Below, one piece after another: positions 10,501 through 16,095 of a DNA stretch of 64,000 nt. The translations under genes and the position numbers were made by a program. Origin of the DNA: Candidatus Omnitrophota bacterium (GTDB lineage Bacteria; Omnitrophota; Gorgyraeia; Zapsychrales; Zapsychraceae). The stretch is taken from NCBI GenBank assembly GCA_015233405.1, contig JADFXT010000007.1, forward strand, positions 64,390 to 128,389, written 5' to 3'. The stretch's first letter is position 1. Every line of letters begins with the position of its first letter. Below the pieces are notes generated by a model, which had not been told where the DNA came from, searched no databases, and saw only the letters and a program-made list of their open reading frames with translations.

Positions 10501-10876
10501 TGTCAGAGAAGTTCCATTCGCCCGGCGCTGTTTTTTTGATATAGAGCGTTGGGTTCACGATGGAGATAGAAGAAATGATGATTTGTTTATTTAAGAATAT
10601 TGCCGGAACAAGAATGGTTAACGAGACGTTGTCTGCTGAAACAAAAAGTTCTTTGGGCGAGTCTTTCTGGTAAATGCGGATGTTGTCCGCACCTAATCCT
10701 TTTGGGATTTGAAATTGCAGCTTTCCGATCTCGACCGGGCGGTCAATGGCTATAGAGATCTGCTTCTCGATGATTCCTTTGATTTTTCCGGCGAGAAAGA
10801 CTTTGTTGACATAAAAGAAAGCAGCAATGCTTAAGAGACAAAGGACTAAAAATAAGAGAATAATATTTCGTTTCAT
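7559..10876 (-). CDS. Giant AsmA/TamB-like envelope protein
   Basis: 1105 aa with a single N-terminal TM. The N-terminus resembles AsmA/DUF748 family starts. The rest is long, repetitive and beta-rich ('L.GN' periodicity). The 3' end overlaps rdgB convergently by 26 nt. Confidence 0.5.
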   Translation of the reverse strand: MKRNIILLFLVLCLLSIAAFFYVNKVFLAGKIKGIIEKQISIAIDRPVEIGKLQFQIPKGLGADNIRIYQKDSPKELFVSADNVSLTILVPAIFLNKQIIISSISIVNPTLYIKKTAPGEWNFSDILEKSNQKSSPKTRSPFSVLVRKISIQNGKIQLTDETKETVWQESFENIDLLAVLSILDKISYTFKVNIPSQQASFESKGIYDLLQKSLTALSAFHNITLVEYLSLADIHLPMNFKSGILSSSGINLALKRNRLRLQGNLSSNETDLQISDHQKLKGNIKADPLFLNIDHGRIDAKGLVLADAADISISDETNLQGNLMLDIQELISAKNNLLVKGNFSLENSQSQTSSRIQLRKDIIINGPVSISNLVFVLKNKNLNARADILAKPVSVILNANTNASGELSAQIQSLKISDATKTISLQVNLALAHALIDTSAGQKLQGNITANNITLLAQNQDVQLSGNLRIDNALLKLNETQGLKGNLSTVNTNASFKNNKLDLQTDFELKNTVIALNKDSTFQGDISSSNTTLALGLGAMTLRTNTAIHNALLVTGKQKFEGNPQLNLVYQSDASGKAQYSGTISLVNASASGLPKIAAINAINGDFIFDNNHIETKRLTFNTHNISVESFGSVENFNDPFVDMTLKTSAIALEEVSKIFPEYTKKIGCDVQGIATVKAHFKGLAKTSGHAETHVLSQINHVAINSPKLPSRISNVSGQLEYTNNLLIWKNLQGEFLGKHYTFTGQIANFSRPVVISTIASTDLRVSTQINILHKAFQICKLKGSYLNSTFDIMGDVHLFDNSEPDLDLRGTLAVNLMDLRAILPEPFRKQIYEFKPLGTITLNDFLFQGKPKDWRNWNLTFKGTSPEVSLLGHTFHDFTINLVERDQNISNFNIASTIYDGTLNITSSVDLTEDNLPMKLSAAVQKLDLAVLQKKIKTPVPSLAGIFAFNLDANGPLLEQRKIKGTASMDISDGNFGQIIPQLRNTIFNAAHADFVISNAKFTTENAVIKSNAIDLKAKGWVDFAKNVNFDITPRYAQVPAVEAPLVNIDTRTLIEQSFVVKVTGTLDKMSYKVQPLPVKILENTTGAVKDVIKSGINILEGLF

Positions 10877-10912
10877 GAGAAATCATTATGGTTGACGATG
10901 AAAAAAGCCTTT

Positions 10913-11170
10913 TAATCCCAAATTTTGCATTACAATCAATAACGCGACGATTAGGCGCGTATAAAAAGATGCAATGCAAAATTTGCCTTCGGCCTGGGAT
11001 TACCCAGCTCTCCTCAAAACAATGGAAGAAGCTGGTGTATGCCGATTCTTTTGAATATTCTTAAAGGAAATCGGCGAACCCCGCACGTCTCGGCGAGGCC
11101 GAGACATTGCGGCCCTTTGGGCGTATTTTGCTTTGGCCTGCCAGGCGGCAGGCTAATGCAAAATCCGGGT
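10913..11170. mobile_element. MITE-like structured element with ~20-nt imperfect terminal inverted repeats
   Basis: Left end is 'AATCCCAAATTTTGCATTAC'. Right end 'CTAATGCAAAATCCGGGTT' is its near reverse complement. There is an internal third 'ATGCAAAAT' copy. Several GC-rich hairpins sit inside (GTCTCGGC-gag-GCCGAGAC; GCCTGCC-aggc-GGCAGGC). Confidence 0.35.
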
Positions 11171-11294
11171 TAAAGTGGAACCATTATAACAGAAAAAGAA
11201 AAAAGCCATGGAAAAAAGAAAGATTCTTCGGCGATGGGAGATTTTAGAAAATAAAAAAGGGAAGATTTTAAAGCATATTTCCTCCAGTTTGTTC

Positions 11295-11323
11295 CTTGAC
11301 CCTCCAGAGGTCTCATGTTATAT
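11295..11323 (+). promoter_or_regulatory. Sigma70-type promoter for tRNA-Pro
   Basis: 'TTGACC' - 17 nt - 'TATATT', about 28 nt upstream of the tRNA 5' end. Confidence 0.5.
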
Positions 11324-11351
11324 TAGTCTACTTTTTAATCGAGATTTTAAT

Positions 11352-11428
11352 CGGGGAGTGGCGCAGCTGGCTAGCGCACGTGCTTTGGGAGCATGGGGTC
11401 GTGGGTTCGAATCCCTCCTCCCCGACCA
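11352..11428 (+). tRNA. tRNA-Pro (anticodon TGG), CCA encoded
   Basis: Manual cloverleaf: CGGGGAG/CTCCCCG acceptor, GCGC D-stem, anticodon loop TTTGGGA, T-loop TTCGAAT (one T:T mismatch in the T-stem). Confidence 0.9.
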
Positions 11429-11469
11429 AGTTAACAAAATGATGTTCCATATTTATTAAGAAAATAGCA

Positions 11470-11542
11470 TTCTGTTGACGGGATAAATCGGCCCCGCACT
11501 TGTTTTTCTAAAAAAAGTAATGGAAACAAGTACAGGTGCCGC
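11470..11542 (+). repeat. Partial 5' duplicate of the tRNA-Arg leader and acceptor strand, folded as a hairpin
   Basis: 'GGATAAATCGGCCCCGCA' (11481-11498) mirrors the true 'GGTAAATCGGCCCCGTA' (11565-11581). It is followed by ACTTGTTT..AAACAAGT and GGTGCC, which pair back to it. Confidence 0.5.
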
Positions 11543-11572
11543 TTCTTTCTGGAAAAGATTTAGTGGTAAATC

Positions 11573-11646
11573 GGCCCCGTAGCTCAGTTGGATAGAGCAA
11601 CAGCCTTCTAAGCTGTGGGTCGCCCGTTCGACTCGGGCCGGGGTCG
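11573..11646 (+). tRNA. tRNA-Arg (anticodon TCT), CCA not encoded
   Basis: Manual cloverleaf: GGCCCCG/CGGGGTC acceptor, GCTC/GAGC D-stem, ACAGC-CTTCTAA-GCTGT anticodon arm, GCCCG-TTCGACT-CGGGC T-arm. Confidence 0.9.
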
Positions 11647-11714
11647 TTTTTTCGTTTTCTCGCCCTGAGATGGGGTAGTGCTCAGGGTCGTTTTTTCGTT
11701 TTCTCGCCCTGAGA
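11641..11714 (+). terminator. Intrinsic terminator embedded in a perfect 30-nt direct repeat
   Basis: 'GGGTCGTTTTTTCGTTTTCTCGCCCTGAGA' occurs at 11641-11670 and 11685-11714. The CCCTGAG/CTCAGGG hairpin is followed by a T-run. The first copy includes the last 6 nt of tRNA-Arg. Confidence 0.6.
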
Positions 11715-11759
11715 AAGCGATTATTCTTTGGGTTTCTAACCATTGTCATTTAAAGAGTC

Positions 11760-12746
11760 ATGAAGCTATTTCAAAAAATTCTCCTTGGTATTTTTGTTTT
11801 TTTTCTCTTTCTTTTTCTTGCAGTCTCTGTTTATCTTCGCTTTCAAGGCCAGCAAGTCATTATCAAAACGCTTACCCAATCTTTAAAACAAGATGTCAAA
11901 ATTCGCAGCCTCGCCTATAGTTTTCCTTTTGGGCTTAAGGCTAGCGATGTGTCGGTGGGTGATTTTTTTAATTGTCAGACGATCAAAGCTCAAATAAATT
12001 TGCTGGCACCTTTTAACGGACAAATTCATCTCGCCTATGTTTTTATAGACCGGCCTTTTCTGCGGGTTGATAAACAACAAGTGTCTATTCGTTCAATGAA
12101 AAATTTCTCGACGCAAACGGCAACAGAAGCAAATCCGGTCCAGCGCATTGAAAAGCAAAAAGAACCTTCATCCGTACAAAATTTTTTTCCGGCTGTTTCT
12201 ATCAATTGGCTTTTTATCCGGCAGGGAACCGTGGAGTATAGGGATAAGGACGACTCGCGATCGACGCTGTGGCTTGATAAAGTGGATTTAAGGGTTAAAT
12301 CGTTTGAGCTACCTTTGGAGTCCAACAAGGTTCCCTATACGTTTTCCGCAATGTTTCTAAAGGAGAAATCATTTTTTTCGAATACCAAGATTGAGAGCGC
12401 GGGATGGATCGATGTCGTGAAGAAAGACATGGACAGCAAGGTCAAGGTGATCGATTCAACGGGAAAGATTGGGCTCAATGCGCATTTGGTTTCCAAAGAT
12501 GATCAGATGAATGTTCAAGGCGATGTGTCGGCGGGGAAATTTTTGTTAGGATTGCAAAATGCAGGACAGGGGCCGACATCTTCTTTAGGAGGGTTGGTTG
12601 CCGGGGCGTTATCTAATTTTGGCGTCGAGGTTTTAGCAAAATTTTCTTTTGCGACCCGGATGGATGATTTTGAGATCCGAAATATCAATTTAGAAGGAAC
12701 GATCAAAACGCAAGAATCCGGCGTCAAATCGCTCCAAAAGAAATGA
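11760..12746 (+). CDS. Membrane-anchored hypothetical protein, AsmA/DUF748-like N-terminus
   Basis: N-terminal TM, then 'VIIKTLTQSLKQDVKIRSLAYSFPFGLKASDV', similar in pattern to the N-terminus of the 1105-aa protein. No other recognisable motif. Confidence 0.3.
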   Translation: MKLFQKILLGIFVFFLFLFLAVSVYLRFQGQQVIIKTLTQSLKQDVKIRSLAYSFPFGLKASDVSVGDFFNCQTIKAQINLLAPFNGQIHLAYVFIDRPFLRVDKQQVSIRSMKNFSTQTATEANPVQRIEKQKEPSSVQNFFPAVSINWLFIRQGTVEYRDKDDSRSTLWLDKVDLRVKSFELPLESNKVPYTFSAMFLKEKSFFSNTKIESAGWIDVVKKDMDSKVKVIDSTGKIGLNAHLVSKDDQMNVQGDVSAGKFLLGLQNAGQGPTSSLGGLVAGALSNFGVEVLAKFSFATRMDDFEIRNINLEGTIKTQESGVKSLQKK

Positions 12747-12837
12747 TTGTCGAAATGCGGTTTTATGATAAAATACGTTCCACTTGAAATTTGGTAATTT
12801 GATTTTTGGGCGATTCTGATGCTTTGGTCTTGACGGT

Positions 12838-13095
12838 CTCTGGAAAACATTTTAGTGGTAACATGGTGGGTGTGCTTAGAAACAAAAGCAGCACTACCTA
12901 CCATTTCTTTCTAGGAAATATTAAGTGGTAACATGGTGGGTGCCCATGACTTCTCTGGGAAAGGCTTCAAAGGAAGTCAGGACAACCGCACCATTTTTTT
13001 CTGGAAAAGATTTAGTGGTAACATGGTGGGTGTCCTTAAGGGCAAAAGCAGGACTACCAACCAGGTCTTTCTGGAAAATATTTTAGTGGTAACAT
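12838..13095 (+). repeat. Array of three promoter-box plus tRNA-His-5'-strand units, each forming its own hairpin
   Basis: The identical 19-mer 'AGTGGTAACATGGTGGGTG' occurs at 12854, 12924, 13014 and 13085; the fourth copy runs into the real tRNA. Hairpins at 12865-12902, 12935-12992 and 13025-13062. Confidence 0.8.
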
Positions 13096-13170
13096 GGTGG
13101 GTGTAGCTCAGTTGGTTAGAGTACAAGAATGTGGCTCTTGTGGTCGCGGGTTCGAATCCCGTCACCCACC
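13096..13170 (+). tRNA. tRNA-His (anticodon GTG) with genomically encoded G-1
   Basis: G-1 opposite C73. GTGGGTG/CACCCAC acceptor, CAAGA-ATGTGGC-TCTTG anticodon arm, GCGGG-TTCGAAT-CCCGT T-arm. No CCA encoded. Confidence 0.9.
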
Positions 13171-13176
13171 CTTTAT

Positions 13177-13221
13177 AACCCTTTGTAAGGTTTAATAATC
13201 CTTGCAAGGGGTTTTGTTTTT
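13177..13221 (+). terminator. Hairpin plus T-run downstream of tRNA-His
   Basis: AACCCTTTGTAAGG - TTTAATAAT - CCTTGCAAGGGGTT, followed by TTTTGTTTTT. Confidence 0.6.
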
Positions 13222-13222
13222 A

Positions 13223-13250
13223 TTGACAAATTTTCGGTTCATGTTATATT
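13223..13250 (+). promoter_or_regulatory. Promoter of brnT/brnA module 1
   Basis: 'TTGACA' - 16 nt - 'TATATT'. The ATG lies only ~12 nt after the -10 (near-leaderless). Confidence 0.55.
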
Positions 13251-13262
13251 TACATTGTACAT

Positions 13263-13553
13263 ATGAATGAAATTCATTTTGAATGGGATAAGCTGAAGGC
13301 GGCGGCCAATAAAAGGAAGCATGGTGTTTCTTTTGAAGAGGCGCAGACTGTCTTTTATGATGACAATGCCGTTCAATTTGATGACCCGGACCATTCAAAG
13401 AGCGAGGATAGATTTATTATGGTGGGCATGAGTTATAAATTACGGGTGCTGGTGGTTTCTCATTGTGAGAGGCATGAAGATGTTATTAGGATTATTTCAG
13501 CCAGAAAAGCTATCCGTCATGAGACGAAATATTATACGGAGGGGAAAATATGA
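13263..13553 (+). CDS. brnT: BrnT-family (DUF497) type II toxin, copy 1
   Basis: 'FEWDKLKAAANKRKHGVSFEEAQTVF', 'HSKSEDRF' and 'IRIISARKA' are BrnT hallmarks. Confidence 0.8.
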   Translation: MNEIHFEWDKLKAAANKRKHGVSFEEAQTVFYDDNAVQFDDPDHSKSEDRFIMVGMSYKLRVLVVSHCERHEDVIRIISARKAIRHETKYYTEGKI

Positions 13554-13765
13554 GAGCAGAATATGATTTTTCTAAAATGAAGGGACGGCGTAATCCTTAT
13601 GCGTCACGCTTAAAAAAACCGGTGACCATTCGTTTGGGTTCGGATGTTGTGGCGTATTTTAAGAATATGGCTTCCGAGATGGATGTCCCGTATCAGAAAC
13701 TGATGAACATGTATCTAAGGGATTGCGTTTCGTCTCATCGTAAAGTCGAATGGGTTTCGCACTAA
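13550..13765 (+). CDS. brnA: BrnA-family antitoxin (RHH/CopG-like), copy 1
   Basis: 'YDFSKMKGRRNPYASRLKKPVTIRL..DVVAYFK..A.EMDVPYQKLMNMYLRD'. 4-nt ATGA overlap with brnT. Confidence 0.8.
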   Translation: MRAEYDFSKMKGRRNPYASRLKKPVTIRLGSDVVAYFKNMASEMDVPYQKLMNMYLRDCVSSHRKVEWVSH

Positions 13766-13779
13766 ACAGGGTTCTCACG

Positions 13780-13851
13780 TTTTTCTGGAGAAAATTCATA
13801 GGTAACGGGACCCCGCCAAAGGCGGTGGTAACCTTGCTCCACCCAACGACC
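13780..13851 (+). repeat. tRNA-type upstream box, then GC hairpin, then an 18-mer resembling the tRNA-His 3' strand
   Basis: 'TTTTTCTGGAGAAAATTCATAGGTAAC' is related to the box upstream of tRNA-Arg and tRNA-His. CCGCC-aaa-GGCGG hairpin. 'TTGCTCCACCCAACGACC' (13834-13851) is identical to 15481-15498. Confidence 0.6.
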
Positions 13852-13910
13852 TTTAATTAGGACGTGCTTTTAGGATAATGCAACCAGTAGAACCTCGTTT
13901 TTTTGCTTAT

Positions 13911-14714
13911 ATGAAAAAAATATTTTTGCTTTTCTTGGTTTTTATTTTTTTGTCCGAATGCTCTTATGCGGACATTGCACTGGTGCATTCTAGCTATAAG
14001 CATACAATGAGCATTACTTCAGGATCGCCTGTCACTAGTTACTTGACGACGATAGCTACCATAGACAGCGGGTCAAATCAGATGCTGGTCGTCGGGGTTT
14101 CGGCGGAAATCGCGAGGACAACTGGTACCATTACTTTCGGGACTGTTTCTTATAATGGAACTCTGATGACGCAGGTAACCACTGCATCTGTGGTCGCAAC
14201 GGGAAACGGAAGTGTTGACGGAGTGGCCCTTTACTATTTGCAAAATCCCGCTGTGGGGACAAATAATTATGTGGCCTCGACTGTTTCGGCCAGTACCGGT
14301 ATTGGAACAATTAATTCGCACAAGATCCTTGCCATAAGTTTGAGTGGGGTAAACCAAGCAGCCCCTGAAGCCAATAATTCAGCGACCAACAATAGCGCGT
14401 CTGCAAGCGTGAATTTGACCACTTTAACAAATAATGCGTGGGTCCTGGATATTGTATGCGAAGATTTATCCACCGCCACATGGACTGCCGGTGGGGGGCA
14501 GTCACCCGTGCTTGATATTGGGGGCAATCAGATGAGGGCGGCCATGTCGTATAAGCCTGTGGCTACAGCCGGAGCCACGACGATGTCTTGGGCTATATCG
14601 GGTTCTTATGGATGGGCCATTATTGCCGCTTCTTTTGCTCCTTTTGTTGCGGCGTCAAACGCATCGGTCTCCGGAGCCACATCAATGACGGGAATAACGT
14701 CGATAAGTTTTTAA
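13911..14714 (+). CDS. Hypothetical secreted protein, Thr/Ser/Ala/Gly-rich
   Basis: Signal peptide 'MKKIFLLFLVFIFLSECSYA'. No recognisable motif. The sequence looks more GC-rich than its flanks. An alternative upstream start at 13878 lacks a signal peptide. Confidence 0.5.
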   Translation: MKKIFLLFLVFIFLSECSYADIALVHSSYKHTMSITSGSPVTSYLTTIATIDSGSNQMLVVGVSAEIARTTGTITFGTVSYNGTLMTQVTTASVVATGNGSVDGVALYYLQNPAVGTNNYVASTVSASTGIGTINSHKILAISLSGVNQAAPEANNSATNNSASASVNLTTLTNNAWVLDIVCEDLSTATWTAGGGQSPVLDIGGNQMRAAMSYKPVATAGATTMSWAISGSYGWAIIAASFAPFVAASNASVSGATSMTGITSISF

Positions 14715-14744
14715 TGGAATGGTGTTTGATATTGTTAAACCGGT

Positions 14745-14790
14745 CTGCCTGCCGGACAGGCAGGTTCGAACCCTCTTCCTCCAGCGACCC
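14745..14790 (+). repeat. GC hairpin plus tRNA T-loop/3'-end-like sequence
   Basis: 'CTGCCTGCCGGACAGGCAG' hairpin, then 'GGTTCGAACCCTCTTCCTCCAGCGACCC'. The downstream sequence is homologous to that following tRNA-His. Confidence 0.5.
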
Positions 14791-14798
14791 TTGTTTAA

Positions 14799-14843
14799 TA
14801 GCCTTTTATAAGGTTTAACAATCTTATAAAAGGCTATCTTTTT
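14799..14843 (+). terminator. Hairpin plus T-run, homologous to the one after tRNA-His
   Basis: TAGCCTTTTATAAG - GTTTAACAAT - CTTATAAAAGGCTA, followed by TCTTTTT. The loop is conserved with 13191-13199 and the stem differs but still pairs. Confidence 0.6.
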
Positions 14844-14845
14844 GG

Positions 14846-14875
14846 TTGACAGATGTATATCTTGGTGATATACAT
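14846..14875 (+). promoter_or_regulatory. Promoter and palindromic operator of brnT/brnA module 2
   Basis: 'TTGACA' - 17 nt - 'TATACA'. A perfect inverted repeat ATGTATATC-ttggt-GATATACAT (14853-14875) overlaps the spacer and -10. Confidence 0.6.
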
Positions 14876-14882
14876 ATATCGT

Positions 14883-15197
14883 ATGGATATTCAGCAGATC
14901 CTCAATAGTTGCGAAGGCTTTCAATGGGACGGTGGTAATAGCCTCAAAAGTTGGCTTAAGCATCATGTTTCACAAGGAGAGGCAGAGCAGATATTCTTTA
15001 ATGACCCGCTTTTATTAGTCATGGATCCGAGGCATTCGCAGGATGAGGCGAGGTATTGGGCGTTAGGGTATACGGATGACGACAGACAGCTGTTCATTGT
15101 TTTTACGATACGTAAGAATTTGATTCGAGTTATTTCAGCTAGGAATATGAATAGGAAAGAAAAGGTGGATTATGAAAAATTTAAAACCAATTCCTAA
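14883..15197 (+). CDS. brnT: BrnT-family (DUF497) type II toxin, copy 2
   Basis: 'FQWDGGNSLKSWLKHHVSQGEAEQIF', 'HSQDEARY' and 'IRVISARNM'. The start was moved to the ATG at 14883 because the listed start at 14853 lies inside the promoter. Confidence 0.75.
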   Translation: MDIQQILNSCEGFQWDGGNSLKSWLKHHVSQGEAEQIFFNDPLLLVMDPRHSQDEARYWALGYTDDDRQLFIVFTIRKNLIRVISARNMNRKEKVDYEKFKTNS

Positions 15198-15447
15198 ATT
15201 TAAAAGTGAAAGTGATGAACGGAAATTCTGGACGACCCATGATTCGACAGAATATGTCGATTGGTCTAAGGCCAGGAAAGCCGTCTTCCCGAATTTGAAG
15301 CCGACCTGCAGGAGTATTTCATTAAGGATTCCTATGGCTATGTTGGATAAGCTTCGGGTTCTGGCCAATAAGCGGGATGTGCCGTACCAATCGCTATTAA
15401 AGACGTTTTTGGCTGACCGTTTGAAGAAGGAGTCGGTTTCTCATTAA
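15172..15447 (+). CDS. brnA: BrnA-family antitoxin, long form, copy 2
   Basis: 'IPKFKSESDERKFWTTHDSTEYVDW...FPNLKP...ISLRIP..MLDKLRVLANKRDVPYQSLLKTFL'. Confidence 0.75.
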   Translation: MKNLKPIPKFKSESDERKFWTTHDSTEYVDWSKARKAVFPNLKPTCRSISLRIPMAMLDKLRVLANKRDVPYQSLLKTFLADRLKKESVSH

Positions 15448-15452
15448 ACGGG

Positions 15453-15498
15453 CCTGCCTGCCGGACAGGCAGGTTCTAACTTGCTCCACCCAACGACC
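15453..15498 (+). repeat. GC hairpin plus a degenerate tRNA-His 3'-end-like sequence (right boundary of module 2)
   Basis: 'CCTGCCTGCCGGACAGGCAGG', then 'GGTTCTAAC' and 'TTGCTCCACCCAACGACC'. Compare the tRNA-His 3' end, 'GGTTCGAATCCCGTCACCCACC'. Confidence 0.55.
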
Positions 15499-15577
15499 CC
15501 ATTTTTTCCACAACTATTTTCCTTAATGTAAGATGGTGATCATGGCGTCGAAGATGGGGAAAGTATAATTGTTTGTT

Positions 15578-16081
15578 ATGCAAAAGAAATCCTTAAATAA
15601 TTTAGTAAGCTTAAAACAACTCTTTAAAAACGGAGTTGTTTTTTTATTTCTTGGATTGCTGGTTTCGACTGCTGCCGGCTGCGGAAGTTTAAAAGTTAAT
15701 ACACCGTCGCAGAAAACGACAGAAGTCCCACCAATCGAAGTCCATGAACTGGCAAGGTCGCTACTGAGTTGGGATGGCACATCTCTCCCTGCGTATCCCA
15801 CAGGACATCCGGAAATTACGATTTTACGTATTGTTATCCCGCCGGGTGCGGCTTTAGCGAAGCACAAGCATCCGGTCATTAATGCGGGCGTATTATTGAA
15901 AGGTGAGTTGACGGTCCAGACTGAAAACGGTAAGATACTTCATCTGAAGGCTGGGGACGCCCTTGTGGAAGTGGTGGACACCTGGCATTACGGGAAAAAT
16001 GAAGGCGCAGTTCCGGCCGAGATCATTGTCTTTTACGCCGGGACGGAAGGCGCGCCGATCACGGTTCATAAATCGGAATAA
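15578..16081 (+). CDS. Cupin-domain lipoprotein
   Basis: Lipobox 'TAAGC'. 'HKHPVINAGVLLKGELTV...LKAGDALVEVVDTWHYGKN' is a cupin_2 pattern. The ATG at 15578 is preferred over the TTG at 15569. Confidence 0.6.
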   Translation: MQKKSLNNLVSLKQLFKNGVVFLFLGLLVSTAAGCGSLKVNTPSQKTTEVPPIEVHELARSLLSWDGTSLPAYPTGHPEITILRIVIPPGAALAKHKHPVINAGVLLKGELTVQTENGKILHLKAGDALVEVVDTWHYGKNEGAVPAEIIVFYAGTEGAPITVHKSE

Positions 16082-16095
16082 TCAAAGGAGAGGTC

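Noticed and set aside
11208-11749. ORFs at 11208-11459(+), 11456-11749(-) and 11678-11920(+). Also 12515-12904(-) and 12977-13207(-).
   Set aside because: They run through tRNA-Pro, tRNA-Arg, tRNA-His, their repeats or terminators. Their sequences are translated tRNA or repeat DNA, not genes.
12838-13104. The repeat-spacer-repeat layout (four ~38-nt repeats with 31-53-nt spacers) looked like a mini CRISPR array.
   Set aside because: The repeats are identical only over a 19-nt core, which is the tRNA-His leader and 5' strand. They contain indels. 'Spacers' 1 and 3 are homologous to each other and pair with the repeat. No cas genes or leader are present.
13766-15498. An integron-like cassette array with attC sites (TA cassettes and an orphan ORF separated by imperfect palindromes).
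   Set aside because: No intI gene or attI is present. Only one GTTRRRY-like core (GTTAAAC at 14734) is visible, with no matching RYYYAAC partners. The hairpin belongs to the dispersed CCTGCC..GGCAGG family found elsewhere. The TA modules carry their own promoters and tRNA-like boundaries, which fit tRNA-targeted integration better.
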